Source: an uncultured Chloroflexia bacterium | Lineage (GTDB): Bacteria > Chloroflexota > Limnocylindria > Limnocylindrales > CSP1-4 | Reading direction: 5' to 3' | Length of the DNA stretch: 64,000 nucleotides | NCBI GenBank assembly: GCA_963748625.1 | Contig: CAVVJT010000010.1 | Coordinates: 384,001-448,000, forward strand | Shown: one piece after another, positions 48,910 through 59,688 of the stretch | How positions within the stretch are numbered: position 1 is the stretch's first letter | Layout: the number at the start of each line of letters is the position of its first letter | Made by a program: the position numbers and the translations under genes | The notes under the pieces: model-generated | Seen by the model: only the letters and a program-made list of their open reading frames with translations | What the model was told of the DNA's origin: nothing | The model's database searches: none

Positions 48910-50292
48910 TCAGCGACCTCCTTCCGGGCCGGCCGGGGCCGGATCGGACTCGGACCGGGGCGCCGATGTCATCGCCGCGAGCTCCGGCGCAAGCTCGTGC
49001 CCCACCAGGCGTGCGGCCGCCTGCATCGTCTCGATCAGCGTCGCGTCGGCTGTCGCCTTGCGGTGCGGCTTGATGTCGCCGTTCCGGTGCGCATTCCGGA
49101 AGCGGACCGTCCACGGGTCGATGCCGCAGGCCTCCGCGATCCTGTCCATCTGGACCTCGACCGCGAAGTGGCCCATCGTCACGCCGAACCCGCGCATCGC
49201 CGAGGTCGGTGTGCGGTTCGTGTAGACGCAGTACGCGTCGACCACGACGTTGGGGATCGTGTACGGGCCGCAGGCGTTGGCCGCGAACTTGGTGATCGCG
49301 TAGGGCGTCTGGCGGCTGTAGGCGCCGCAGTCCGCCATGCCGGTGACCTTGCGCGCGATGATCGTGCCGTCGGCCATGACGCCGTCCTTGATCCGGATGA
49401 TCTCGGCGCTGCGCGTGGAGGAGACCTGCATCTCCTCGGAGCGGTTGTAGACGTAGCGGACCGGCCGCCCGGTGAGCACGGCGCCCAGGGTGGCGAGCGG
49501 CTCAACGATCACATCCACCTTGCCGCCGAACCCACCGCCGACGGTGCCGCCCACGAAGCGCAGCCTGTTCGCCGGCATCGCCAGGATGATGGAGGTGTTG
49601 TCGAGGCTGAAGTAGATCGCCTGGGTGTTCGTGTAGACGGTGAACCGGCCGTTGGCCTCCGGGACGGCGATGCAGCCGGTGGTTTCGAGCGGCGCGTGCT
49701 CGATGGGGCTGGTGCGGTACTCGCCCTCCACGATGTGGTCGGCCTGCGCGAAGCCGGCCTCGACGTCGCCCAGCCGGACGCGACGGCACTCGTGGCCCTC
49801 GTACATGAACGTGTTGTTGCCCCAGTGGGTGACGATCGGGGCGCCGGGGGCCAGGGCCTCGTCCATGTCGAAGACGGCCGGCAGCTCCTCGAGGTCCAGG
49901 CGGACCTTCGCGACGGCCTCGTAGGCGGCGGCCTCGGTCTCGGCGAGGATCGCGACGATCGGTTCGCCCTTGTAGCGGACGCGGTCCACCGGGAGGACGA
50001 ACTCCTCCTCGGGTTCGACGCCGATCAGGCCCAGGATCGTGTAGACGTTGTGCGGGACGTCCTTGTGCGTGAGGACCCGGACGACACCCGGGACCTGCTC
50101 GGCCGCCGAGGTGTCGACGCCCCGGATCCGTGCGTGGTGGAGCGGGCTGCGGACGACCTTCAGGTGGAGCTGGCGCGGGAAGGCGAGGTCGGTGCTGAAC
50201 TGGGTCCGGCCGGTGACATGGCCGATGCCGTCGTTGCGCTCGACCGCCTGGCCGACGGTGTGGAGGGTGTCGGGCTCGATCGTCCCGGTCAT
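48910..50292 (-). CDS. Xanthine dehydrogenase family molybdopterin-binding subunit, N-terminal part
   Basis: RSPLHHARI, EHAPLET, VGGGFGGK, SAMRGFG. Confidence 0.9.
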   Translation of the reverse strand: MTGTIEPDTLHTVGQAVERNDGIGHVTGRTQFSTDLAFPRQLHLKVVRSPLHHARIRGVDTSAAEQVPGVVRVLTHKDVPHNVYTILGLIGVEPEEEFVLPVDRVRYKGEPIVAILAETEAAAYEAVAKVRLDLEELPAVFDMDEALAPGAPIVTHWGNNTFMYEGHECRRVRLGDVEAGFAQADHIVEGEYRTSPIEHAPLETTGCIAVPEANGRFTVYTNTQAIYFSLDNTSIILAMPANRLRFVGGTVGGGFGGKVDVIVEPLATLGAVLTGRPVRYVYNRSEEMQVSSTRSAEIIRIKDGVMADGTIIARKVTGMADCGAYSRQTPYAITKFAANACGPYTIPNVVVDAYCVYTNRTPTSAMRGFGVTMGHFAVEVQMDRIAEACGIDPWTVRFRNAHRNGDIKPHRKATADATLIETMQAAARLVGHELAPELAAMTSAPRSESDPAPAGPEGGR

Positions 50293-50768
50293 CGGACCGG
50301 CTCCCCAGCCGCCGCCGCGGCTTCGATCGCCTTGATCACGGGCTCGTACCCGGTGCAGCGGCAGACGTTGCCCGCGAGCGCATCGACGATCTCGTCGCGC
50401 GTCGGGGTCGGGTTGTGGTCCAGCAGGGCCTTCGTGAGCATCTCCATGCCCGGCGTGCAGTAGCCGCACTGGAAGCCGTTGGCGTCGAGGTAGGCGCGCT
50501 CGATGGAGCTGAGGCCCTGCGCGGGGGTGAGCGCCTCGAGCGTGGTGACCGTCCGGCCCGCGACGTCCTGGACCGGCAGCAGGCAGGCAAGCATCGGCTC
50601 ACCGTCCACCAGCACCGTGCACGAGCCGCAGCCGCCCTGGCGGCAGCCGTCCTTCACCGAGATCTGGCCGAGCTGCGTCCGGAGCACCTGCTGGAGGGTG
50701 GCCAGCGGGCTGACCAGGACCTCCACGGGGCGTCCGCCCAGCTCGAAGCCGACAACGACCGAGGCCAT
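50289..50768 (-). CDS. XDH/CoxS-like 2x[2Fe-2S] subunit
   Basis: GCRQGGCGSCTV..CL; QCGYCTPG; NVCRCTGY. Confidence 0.95.
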   Translation of the reverse strand: MASVVVGFELGGRPVEVLVSPLATLQQVLRTQLGQISVKDGCRQGGCGSCTVLVDGEPMLACLLPVQDVAGRTVTTLEALTPAQGLSSIERAYLDANGFQCGYCTPGMEMLTKALLDHNPTPTRDEIVDALAGNVCRCTGYEPVIKAIEAAAAAGEPVR

Positions 50769-50769
50769 G

Positions 50770-51681
50770 TCACGCACCCCTTTCGACGGGGCTCGCGAGC
50801 TGCTCCAGCGCCCGGCCCGTGATCACGCCGGTCATCCGCCGCCGGTACCACTCGCTTGCGACGGCATCGGTGACGGGCTCCGACTCGTTGGCGGCCGCCT
50901 CCGCGGCACCTGCGATGGCCTCGGCGTCCAGGCGTCGGCCCTCGAGCAGCTCCTCGGCTGCGTGGGCGCGCAGCGGGTGGGGGCCCGCGGCACCGAGCGC
51001 GAGGCGGACGTCACGTGCGATCCCGTCATGGTCCATGCGGGCACGCGCCGCCACCGTGACGACCGCGGGCGTGTTCGCGTGCCTGCGGCCGAACTTGACG
51101 AACGCCGTTCGCTCCCCGGTGGGTCGCGGCGGGACCAGGACGGCGACCACGAGCTCGTCGAGCCCGACCACCGTCGTCATGAAACCGGTGTGGAAGTCCT
51201 TGAGATCGACCGTGCGCTCCCCTGCCGGGCCCGCGATGACGATCCGGGCATCGAGGGCGAGCAGCGCGACCGCGATGTCGCCCCCGGGCGGCGGGGTGAA
51301 CAGGTTGCCCCCGATCGTGCCCATGTTGCGGACGGCCCACGCGGCGGTGCGGCGCGCGGCTTCCGCGAGCAGGGGGATGTCTGCCAGGGTGGTGAGCTGC
51401 GTCAGCGTCACCATCGCGCCGATGCGGGTGCCGGCGACGGGACCAGCGCCCGGGTCGGCGTCGAGGCCGGGGCCGTCGTCGGGGCCCGCATCCGTGCGCC
51501 CGATCGTGTCGAGGCCTGCTCGCCGGAGGCCCATGACCTTGCCCGGCAGGCTGATGCCCTCGTTGACCAGCGGCATGACAACGGTGCCGCCGGCCATGAC
51601 CAGCAGCTCGGGCCCGTGCTCGCCGAGCAGCGCCAGCGCCTCGGCGACCGAGGTCGGCTGGAAGTAGGTGGCGACCGTCAC
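50770..51681 (-). CDS. XDH/CoxM-like FAD-binding subunit
   Basis: AGGT, IGA, VRNMGTIGGN, S.WYRR. Confidence 0.93.
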   Translation of the reverse strand: MTVATYFQPTSVAEALALLGEHGPELLVMAGGTVVMPLVNEGISLPGKVMGLRRAGLDTIGRTDAGPDDGPGLDADPGAGPVAGTRIGAMVTLTQLTTLADIPLLAEAARRTAAWAVRNMGTIGGNLFTPPPGGDIAVALLALDARIVIAGPAGERTVDLKDFHTGFMTTVVGLDELVVAVLVPPRPTGERTAFVKFGRRHANTPAVVTVAARARMDHDGIARDVRLALGAAGPHPLRAHAAEELLEGRRLDAEAIAGAAEAAANESEPVTDAVASEWYRRRMTGVITGRALEQLASPVERGA

Positions 51682-52181
51682 TCGGGGACCTCCGTGGTTC
51701 GCGGTTCGTCGGGTGCGAGGCGTGCGTCCAGGGCGCGCAGGCCCTGGTCGACCAGGGATGTGGCGAGACGTTCTGCGATGCTGCCGTCGAGGCGGGCCAG
51801 GGGGCCGTCGATGCGGCCTGTGCCGGCGTAGTCCAGGCGGGTGCCGGCCGCGGGCAGGTCGGCGCCATCGGTCTCGGGCGGGTCGGCGAGGGTGAGGAGG
51901 GTGAATTCGGCGCGGCCCGTGATGGTGCCCATCGACCCTTCGACGCGGCCTTCGAGGGCGGCACGCTCGGGGTCCTCCACGTCGACCAGCCGGACGTGGG
52001 TGCGATAGACGCCGACCGCGCCCGGGAGGCGCAGCGCGATCCGCCCTTCGTAGGTGTCAGGTCCGGTCTGCCGCACGTCCTGCGCGCCCGGGATCACCGC
52101 GAGCAGCACGCGCGGATCGCGGATGGCGGCGAAGACGCGCTCGCGGGGGGCGGCGAAGGTGTGCGTCCCGTTGATCTTCAC
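51678..52181 (-). CDS. CoxG/SRPBCC family protein
   Basis: APRERVFAAIRDPRVLLAVIPG; position in the XDH operon. Confidence 0.85.
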   Translation of the reverse strand: MKINGTHTFAAPRERVFAAIRDPRVLLAVIPGAQDVRQTGPDTYEGRIALRLPGAVGVYRTHVRLVDVEDPERAALEGRVEGSMGTITGRAEFTLLTLADPPETDGADLPAAGTRLDYAGTGRIDGPLARLDGSIAERLATSLVDQGLRALDARLAPDEPRTTEVPE

Positions 52182-52956
52182 GGGTTCGCGGCCCGCGCCG
52201 GGTTCGCGGCCCGCGCCGGGTTCGCGGCGGCCACGAGGGCCGCTTCGACATGGTCGAGGTGGGCGGTCATCGCGACCTCGGCGGCGTCGGGATCGCCGGC
52301 CTTGAGGGCGGACAGGATCGCCTCGTGATCGGCCAGGGCCAGGGCGCGGGTGGCGCGGCCGGCGCCGGTGCGCTCGCGGCTGACCTTGGCGAGGGTGTTG
52401 ATGATCTGCATGAACTGGGCCAGCAGGAAGTTGCCCGCGGCCTCGCAGACGGCGTCGTGGAAGGCGATGTCGAGGGTGCTGAAGCGGTCGGGGTCACCCA
52501 CGGCGAACGGAGGTCGCGGACAAGACCGTCCATGCGCGCCAGCTGGTCGGCGGTTGCCCGCGTGGCCGCGAGGCGGACGTTGCCGGCCTCCACGACCCGC
52601 CGGGTCTCGATGACCTGTGCGAGCGCGACGGGATCCTTGCTGAACACGAAGTCCAGGTGGGAGACGAGCGCCTGCGGCTCGAGCGCGGTGATGTAGGTGC
52701 CGGCTCCCTGGCGGATCTCGACCACGTTCATGATCGCGAGCGCACGCAGGGCCTCGCGCAGAACGGGGCGGCTGACGTGCATGACGGCGGCGAGGTCTCG
52801 CTCCGCGGGGAGCTTGTCCCCGGGACGCAGCTGCTCCGCCTTGATGAGGTCCAGGAGGCGGGCCGCGATCTCCTCGGACAGGGTGCTGCGGTTGACGACG
52901 GCGAACTGCGGCCAGGCAGGCGTGGCCGCCGCCCCCGTCCCGTTCGTGATCGCCAT
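52178..52956 (-). CDS. GntR/FadR family regulator, frameshift near 52503
   Basis: LRPGDKLPAERDLA..VSRPVLREAL..RQGAGTY; FCD domain DIAFH..GN..DHEAI..AHL. Confidence 0.88.
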
Positions 52957-53020
52957 GTCTGCTCCCGGTGCCCTGCTCGTCGACGTTGACGGGATGCTAT
53001 GGCCGTCTGATAAAGTCGTC

Positions 53021-53037
53021 AACTGGTAAGACCAATT
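53021..53037. promoter_or_regulatory. FadR-subfamily operator (PdhR-box-like)
   Basis: AACTGGTAAGACCAATT is one mismatch from the AATTGGTnnnACCAATT palindrome and lies between divergent genes next to the FadR gene. Confidence 0.75.
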
Positions 53038-53055
53038 ACGGACAGGAGCGGGTCG

Positions 53056-53343
53056 ATGATCGAGCGGCACATCTCCTTCGACGTCAAGGCGGGCCAGGGC
53101 GAGGCCTTCGTGCGGTTCTTCACGGAGCAGTACCGGCCGCCGGTGCTCTCGTTCGAGGGCCTGATCGAGTGTTCCATGCTCCTCGAGGCGGACAGCGCCA
53201 CCCGCTACCAGATGGTCTTCCGCTGGGAGCACGCCGAGAACGCGGTCGCCTGGCGCGTGAGCGAGGTCCACCAGGGCCTGCAGCCCGCCCTCCAGGCGCT
53301 GATCGACGGCATGGCGATCACGGCGTACACCAAGGTCGCCTAG
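53056..53343 (+). CDS. ABM (antibiotic biosynthesis monooxygenase)-like protein
   Basis: 95 aa; FDVKAGQGEAF..FEG..RW..AW..SEVH. Confidence 0.75.
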   Translation: MIERHISFDVKAGQGEAFVRFFTEQYRPPVLSFEGLIECSMLLEADSATRYQMVFRWEHAENAVAWRVSEVHQGLQPALQALIDGMAITAYTKVA

Positions 53344-53346
53344 GCC

Positions 53347-54339
53347 ATGGCCGCCGATCGGTTCCTCGTCACCGGTGGCACCGGCTGCATCGGCTCGTGG
53401 GTGGTCCGTGGCCTGGTCCGCGCCGGCATCCCGGTCACGGTGCTCGCGTCGAGCGGCCGGATGGACCGGCTCGAGCTGGTCCTGTCCCCCGACGAGCTGG
53501 CCTCGGTCGAGATCGTCCGTGGCGACATCACGGACGTCCCGGCGCTCGAGGCGGCCACCCGGGCCTCCGGGGCTGCGGGGATCATCCACCTGGCCGCGCT
53601 GCAGATGCCGTTCTGCGCCGCCGACCCGATCCGCGGGGCTCGCGTCAACGTCGAGGGGACGGCCGCCGTCTTCGAGCTTGCGCGCAGGCTCGAGATCGGC
53701 CACATCGTCTATGCGTCCTCGGCGGCGGCCTACGGTCCGGCCGCCTTCTATGCCGACGAGGTCGTCGGCGCCGACGCCCCGCTCCATCCGACTTCGTTCT
53801 ACGGCGTCGTACAAGATGGCCAACGAGCAGGCGGCGGGCGTGTACCACACAGCGTGGGGCATCTCGTCCACCGGCATCCGCCCCCACTCCGCCTACGGTC
53901 CGGGCCGCGACCAGGGCGTCACGTCCAAGCCAACGGTGGCGATGATCGCGGCGGCGGGCGGGCGCCCATTCCACATCGACTTCGGTGGCGCCTACCAGTT
54001 CCAGTTCGTGGAGGATGTCGCGGCGGCGTTCATCTCGGCGGCCGTGCGCCGGCTCGATGGCGCGCAGGTGTTCAGCTGCCCGGGCCCCGGATCGCGGTCG
54101 CATCCATCGTGGAGCTGCTCGGCGACCTCGTGCCGTCCTCGCGCGGCCGGATCACCCACGGTGACCGGGTCCTCCCCTTCCCCGCCGCCTTCGACGGCGC
54201 CCCGATCGAGGACGCGCTCGGCCCGCTGCCGCTCACCCCCGTCGAGGAGGGTGTGCAGCGGACGCTCGACACCTACCGCGCCGCGTTCTCACGCGGACTG
54301 CTCGACGATGCGTGGCTCGATCGCGTCACGGGAGCCTGA
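53347..54339 (+). CDS. NAD-dependent epimerase/dehydratase with two compensating frameshifts
   Basis: LVTGGTGCIG, IIHLAA, VNVEGT, SSAAAYG. The YxxxK and YGPGRD segment is in the alternative frame between about 53810 and 54080. Confidence 0.85.
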   Translation: MAADRFLVTGGTGCIGSWVVRGLVRAGIPVTVLASSGRMDRLELVLSPDELASVEIVRGDITDVPALEAATRASGAAGIIHLAALQMPFCAADPIRGARVNVEGTAAVFELARRLEIGHIVYASSAAAYGPAAFYADEVVGADAPLHPTSFYGVVQDGQRAGGGRVPHSVGHLVHRHPPPLRLRSGPRPGRHVQANGGDDRGGGRAPIPHRLRWRLPVPVRGGCRGGVHLGGRAPARWRAGVQLPGPRIAVASIVELLGDLVPSSRGRITHGDRVLPFPAAFDGAPIEDALGPLPLTPVEEGVQRTLDTYRAAFSRGLLDDAWLDRVTGA

Positions 54340-54506
54340 CCGTGGACGTCGCCAGCCTCACCGCCTGACTGCCGCCGGCACGGCGGCGCCGCGGGGCTGA
54401 CCACCTCGTCTGCGACCATACGCAGCTGACGTCCGGGGGCGGGCCCGCTCACGACCTCGCCTCCGCCCGCACGGGCAGGTGGAAGCACCGCAACCGGGTC
54501 GAGCCG

Positions 54507-55551
54507 TCAGTCCGCCGGGATTTCCACGACCCGACCCTGGAGAGCCGACGCGCGAGCCGCGTCGAGCACGGAGATGGTGCGGATCCCCTCCTCCACCGGA
54601 ACGGGGAAGGGGGCCTCGCCGCGCACCGCCGCGGCGAACTGGGCGTAGTAGTCCTGGTAGGCGCCGCGTTCGGACGGGACGCGGACGGCACCGGCATCGG
54701 TCCGGAGCGTGCCCCAGGCGGACTCGGGCTCGTAGCCCCATGCGGCACCCTCCGCGAGCGGCCGGCGCCCGGCGAAGATGGCCTGGGTCTGCGCATCGGT
54801 CGAGTGGGCCACGTAGGAGCCGAGGGACCCGTACGCCCGCAGCTCGCGCTCGACATTGCGATTGAGCTTGCTCGCGCTGGCCCGGGAGCGCACGCCCGAG
54901 GTGTGCGTGAGGGTCACCGCGAACCCGACGTCGGTCCGGCCCGCCGGCAGCGTCGACCCAGTCGACCTGCGCGAATACCGAGACCGCGGGTCCAAGGAGC
55001 CAGAGCAGCTGGTCAACCAGGTGCGCGCCGAGGTCCCGGAGCAGACCGCCGTGCGGCCCCGGTTCGAGACCGCCGGGCTCGTCGAGATCGAAGCGGCTCT
55101 CGACGCTCCAGAGCTCGCCCAGGTCGCCTCGCGAGATCACGGCCGCGAGAGTCCGGATGTCGGCATCCCAGCGGCGGTTGTGGAACACGTTGACCGCGAC
55201 CCCGGCCGATGCGGCGGCGGCCGCCAGCTCCCGAGCACCCGCCGCATCGGGAGCGAAGGGCTTGTCGCCGATCGCGTGGACGCCACGGCCGACGGCCTCG
55301 AGTACAAGGTCGCGCCGGGTCTCGGGTGGTGTGGTGATGACGACCGCCTCGACGCCGGAATCGAGCATGGCGCCGAGCGAGCCGAACACTGGAACCCCGG
55401 GATAGTCGGCCTCCGCCTCGGCGCGGCGCTCCGATGAGCGCGCGACGAAGCCGGCCAGCTCGACTCCCTCGGCCGCCACGATGTACGGCGCGTGGAAGTA
55501 CCGCCCGCCCTTCCCGTAGCCGACGAGCCCCATCCGCAGCGGTGCGTCCAT
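54507..55551 (-). CDS. Gfo/Idh/MocA family oxidoreductase, frameshift near 54945
   Basis: GLVGYGKGG, DKPFA, FHNRRWD, GLLRDLGAHLVDQ. Confidence 0.88.
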
Positions 55552-55815
55552 GCCTGCCTCCCGATCCACAACGAGCTGATCCTGTGCCTGCCCCATCACC
55601 GCGCCCTCGCGCCGTGGGACTACGGTTCCGTCGTGCGCTGAATCTCCCGGGGAACGGGAGATCGAGCGCATCAGGAGCCATGGAGCCACGCTCGTGCGCC
55701 AGCCGTCCCGCGCAACGGGAGGTCTGGCGCGCCGTGGGACCGTACTCCCGCGTGCCGGGAAGTGCCAGCCGTGCGGCCCGGGCCTGGCGCCGCGCCGCGA
55801 CGGGACTGGCTCAGG

Positions 55816-57102
55816 TCAGGCCCGCGTCATGCGCTCCGCGATCGAGCACCAGTCCCAGAGCCGCACCGGGTCCGTGCGGCAGGTGCTGATGTCCTTGAGG
55901 GTGAACTCGACCGGGCAGCCGTTGGCGCGGGTGGCCGCGAGGACGTCGGTGAAGTCCTTCTCGGCGATCGCCGGGACCCACTCGTCCATGGCCACCATCG
56001 CCGGGTTGGGCTTGCGGCTGTAGACGAAGTCCGGGCCGATGGACTCGGCGGCCTTCTGGATCTTCGCCCAGGCGCTCACCGAGATCTTGCGGACGTTGGG
56101 GATCCTGCGCACCGAGTCGATGCGGTTGTGGAGCGGGTCGCAGCAGCCGAAGTAGCCCAGGCCGAAGCGCTCGTACCAGCGCGCGTAGTAGCCGGGCACG
56201 AACTCGTCGAACATGGCGTCGCTGACCGAGACGAACAGCTGGCTGCGCCCGACGGTCCAGGTATCCACCGGCCGCACGTGCGCCGGATCGAAGCCGGGCT
56301 TCGGCAACTCGATCGTGTGGGCCCCCGTGCAATGGATCCGGTCGTTGCCGTAGCCGATCAGCCCTTTCGCCTCGAGCATGTCCAGCTCCTCGAGGCGCAC
56401 GGTGGTGAACCGCTCGGCGATCGCGTGGAGGTGCTCGGGCCGGTCCATGAAGTCCACCAGGATCGGCTCGGTGCCGCGGAACTGCTCGATGTCGTCCCAG
56501 AGCGGGAATGCCAGCTCGTCGCCGTTGTAGCCGGTGAGGCCCTGCATGCGGACCTCGAGGAGCCCGTCGAGCAGCTCGTGCGCCCAGGCCTCGCGCTCCG
56601 CCGTGGCCGCCACGTTGAGCGACGGCTCAAGGGCCCGGAACTTCGCGATGTCCTCGGGTTCGGCCAGCTGGTCGACGTAGGCGTGGCTCTGGACGGCATT
56701 GCCCTCGCCCTGGTCGATGGTGTCCTCGGCGATGCGGATGCCCCAGCCGGGCCGGTCGATGACCTTCTTGATGTCAACGTAGGGCTCGACGACCATGTCG
56801 ACCCGCGCGTGGTTCCAGCGGTAGAGCTCGCGGCGGAACGTCGCCTCGAGCTGGCGGGCGAACGGGTGGGTCGTGCGCATGACGAGCTCGTCGGCGCCCG
56901 GGACGCCGGGCGTGGCGAGCTCGTGCCACGGGATCTCGTCGATCATGACCAAGGGGCGCTCGGGGCGGAGGGCGTTCAGGGCCTGCCACTCGCGGATGCG
57001 CTCCGCCTGGACAGGGAGTGCGGCAATCTCCGCGAGCTTCGACGCAAGCTCGCGGACGATGGCGACGTCGGCCTGCGGCAGGCCGGTGCTGGTCTCGGTC
57101 AT
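55816..57102 (-). CDS. Uncharacterised protein, probable UroD/MetE-like TIM barrel
   Basis: QFRG.E.ILVDFMDRPEHLH, VS..MFDEFV, YFGCCDPLH, IPNVRKISVS. The fold is inferred from the motif pattern. Confidence 0.65.
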   Translation of the reverse strand: MTETSTGLPQADVAIVRELASKLAEIAALPVQAERIREWQALNALRPERPLVMIDEIPWHELATPGVPGADELVMRTTHPFARQLEATFRRELYRWNHARVDMVVEPYVDIKKVIDRPGWGIRIAEDTIDQGEGNAVQSHAYVDQLAEPEDIAKFRALEPSLNVAATAEREAWAHELLDGLLEVRMQGLTGYNGDELAFPLWDDIEQFRGTEPILVDFMDRPEHLHAIAERFTTVRLEELDMLEAKGLIGYGNDRIHCTGAHTIELPKPGFDPAHVRPVDTWTVGRSQLFVSVSDAMFDEFVPGYYARWYERFGLGYFGCCDPLHNRIDSVRRIPNVRKISVSAWAKIQKAAESIGPDFVYSRKPNPAMVAMDEWVPAIAEKDFTDVLAATRANGCPVEFTLKDISTCRTDPVRLWDWCSIAERMTRA

Positions 57103-57224
57103 CGTGATGTCCTCGTCGGGTGGTGCGCGCTCAGCGCTCAGCGGGCCAGCAGGCCGCGGGCCAGGTCGACCGCGGCACCGGCATCGGGGGCGTAGCCGTC
57201 GGCGCCGATCTGGGCAGTATGCTG

Positions 57225-57240
57225 ACTGGAACGATTTAGT
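57225..57240. promoter_or_regulatory. LacI-type operator copy 1
   Basis: ACTGGAACGATTTAGT, a CG-centred imperfect palindrome that matches the site at 59673-59688. Confidence 0.7.
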
Positions 57241-57357
57241 CTGCACAGTAGGACTGGCCACGACGGGTGTCAAGCCCCCTTCTCAAACGATTTGGTCCCT
57301 GCGTCCTCCGATGGTCGATCGCGCGGGCTAGACTCCGGGAAACGAAGCGAGGGACCG

Positions 57358-58377
57358 ATGGCGGACGAGTCGGCGAACGCGCCGAAACGGGCGACGATCA
57401 AGGACGTGGCGCGCGCCGCAGGCGTGTCGACCGCCCTGGTGTCGATCGTGCTCAACGGTGCTCCCGGCGCAAGCGACGCGACCCGGGCACGCGTGAAGGG
57501 CATCGCCGAGGAGATCGGCTATCGGCCTGACGCCCATGCCGCCCTGCTCCGGCGCCGGCGCGCGCGCCTGCTCGGCGTGAGCTTCTCGGTGCAGTCGGCG
57601 TTCCACGGGGACCTGCTGCCAGGGATCTACACCGCCGCCGAGGCCGCGGGCTACGAGGTCACGCTCAGCGGCTGGACCGAGGCCCGCAGCGAGGAGCGCG
57701 CCATCCAGGCCCTGCTCACGTTCCGCTGCGATGCGCTGCTCCTGCTGGGCACCGAGGTGGACGAGGCGCGGATCGCAGTACTCGCGCGCTCGCTGCCGGT
57801 GGTGGTCATCGGGCGACGCCTGGCGGAGCCGGTCGCTGACACGGTCCGCACCGATGACATGTCGGGCCTGCGGCTCGCGGTCGAGCATCTCGCCGCGCTG
57901 GGCCACCGGCGCATCGCGCACGTGGACGGCGGGGCGACCGTGAAGTCAGAGGACCGCATCGCGGGCTACCGGGCCGCCATGGAGGCGCTGCGCCTGGGCG
58001 GGTACATCGAGATCATCCCGGGCGGCGAGACGGTCGAGGCGGGCATCGAGGCGGGCCGCCGGCTGCTGGCCGACCCAGGTGAGCGGACGGCCGTCGTCGC
58101 CTTCGACGATGACTGTGCATGGGGCGTCATGAGCCTGCTGCAGGCCCAGGGCGTCGGGCTCCCGGGCGCCCTGTCGATCGTCGGCTTCGATGGCAGCCGC
58201 CTCTCACGCCTCACCCCGCTGTCGGGCATGACCACGGTCCGCCAGGACGCAGAGATGCTGGCGTCGCTCGCGGTACAGCGCGCGGTCGCATGGATCGAGC
58301 ACGGGCGTCTGCCTGACCCGGACGTGGTCCTCGCGCCCAGCCTGATCGAGGGCCGCAGCACGGCTCCGCTGCCATGA
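57358..58377 (+). CDS. LacI family transcriptional regulator
   Basis: ATIKDVARAAGVSTALVSIVLN..LGHRRIAHV..SIVGFDG..TTVRQD. Confidence 0.95.
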   Translation: MADESANAPKRATIKDVARAAGVSTALVSIVLNGAPGASDATRARVKGIAEEIGYRPDAHAALLRRRRARLLGVSFSVQSAFHGDLLPGIYTAAEAAGYEVTLSGWTEARSEERAIQALLTFRCDALLLLGTEVDEARIAVLARSLPVVVIGRRLAEPVADTVRTDDMSGLRLAVEHLAALGHRRIAHVDGGATVKSEDRIAGYRAAMEALRLGGYIEIIPGGETVEAGIEAGRRLLADPGERTAVVAFDDDCAWGVMSLLQAQGVGLPGALSIVGFDGSRLSRLTPLSGMTTVRQDAEMLASLAVQRAVAWIEHGRLPDPDVVLAPSLIEGRSTAPLP

Positions 58378-58704
58378 CCCCGACCACCGACACGGGGTTC
58401 GCCGGCCTCACCACCTGAAGCCTGCGCATCGAGCGGATCAAGACCATCGCCCTTCGCGCGGCGTTGGTCGCGTGTTGAACCCGCTGGGAGTCATGAGCGG
58501 GCTGTCCGCGCACGGGACGTGCAGCAAACTCGACCTGGCTGCACGCCCGCCGCACGGAGCGGGCCCGGGCGACTCCCCCTTGAGTCACGAGGACTCACGA
58601 GCGCTGACGCGCCGCCCGGGCACAACAACGCCCCCGGTCCGCGGAGACCAGAGGCGTTGCCGGCGCAAGCGCCGGAGGAGGATCCGGCAGGTGATCGCGG
58701 GGAG

Positions 58705-59627
58705 CTACCGGGTGACCTTCATGCCACAGGTCTTGAAGTAGTCGTAGGTGCGCTTCGCGATCGGGAAGGGCTTGTCCCAGTCACACGGGTACAGGTCCTG
58801 CTCAACGATGCAGTAGAGGTCGCGGTCGAGGCCGGCGAGAGCCGCGAGAAGCGAGGGCATGTCCGGGTCGCCCAGGGGCGGCTCGACCATGACGCCAAGG
58901 CGGACGGCCGGCGGGAAGCCCAGCTTCTCCTCGGCCACGCGGGCGCTGATCGCGCGGTCCACCTGCTTGAGGTGGACGTACTGCACGCGGTCGGGGTAGT
59001 CCGCGATGAGCTTGAGGTTGTCGGCGCCGCAGTACGCGACGTGGCCCGTGTCGAGGCAGAGCTGGACGGTCTCGGGATCGGTCCCGTCGAGGAAGCGCTC
59101 GATCTCCTCCTGGGTGCCCACGTGGCTGTCGGCGTGGGTGTGGAAGACGAGCACCGCACCGTGCTTGTCGGCGACGTACTTGCCGAGCTCGCTCATGCCG
59201 GTGTTGAGGTTGGTCCACTCGCTCGTCCGTCAGGGTGAGGCTCATCGGTGAGGTTGCCGTCGTTGTCCGTGTAGCCCTCGGGCAGGATCACGAGGTGCTT
59301 CGCGCCGTTGGGGCCCAGGATCGCCATCTCGGCGTCGCAGTCGGTCTTGGCCTTCTCGAGCGCCTCCCTGCCGTGCTGGAGGCCCATCGCAACCGTGCCG
59401 CCCGTGAGGGTCAGGCCGCGCTTGGCGTATGCCTCGCGGATGATGCCCGGGTCAGCCGGGAGGTAGCCGAAGGGGCCGAGCTCGCTGTACTGGTAGCCGG
59501 CTGCCTGGACCTCGTCGAGGTAGCGCTCCCACGGCGTCTGGAGCGGGTCGCCACTGGGGTTCCACACACCCCAGGAGTCAGGGGCGGTCCCCAGCTTGAG
59601 CTTGGGATAGGTCGGCAGTTCGGTCAC
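58705..59627 (-). CDS. IolE-like sugar phosphate isomerase/epimerase (2-keto-myo-inositol dehydratase type), frameshifts near 59220-59240
   Basis: GTAPDSWGVW, ELGPFGYLP, FHTHADSHV, LCLDTGH, YVHLKQVD, IVEQD; RBS AAGGAG. Confidence 0.82.
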
Positions 59628-59672
59628 CGTGGAGCTCCTTGCACCGTGCTCGCGGACGCTTGTGGCGCCCAT

Positions 59673-59688
59673 ACTAATACGTTCTAGT
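59673..59688. promoter_or_regulatory. LacI-type operator copy 2, upstream of the iolE-like gene
   Basis: Reverse complement ACTAGAACGTATTAGT compared with ACTGGAACGATTTAGT. Confidence 0.7.

Noticed and set aside
47873-52181. Aerobic CO dehydrogenase (coxMSL)
   Set aside because: The active-site loop is SAMRGFG rather than AYxCSFR, and the large subunit is split.
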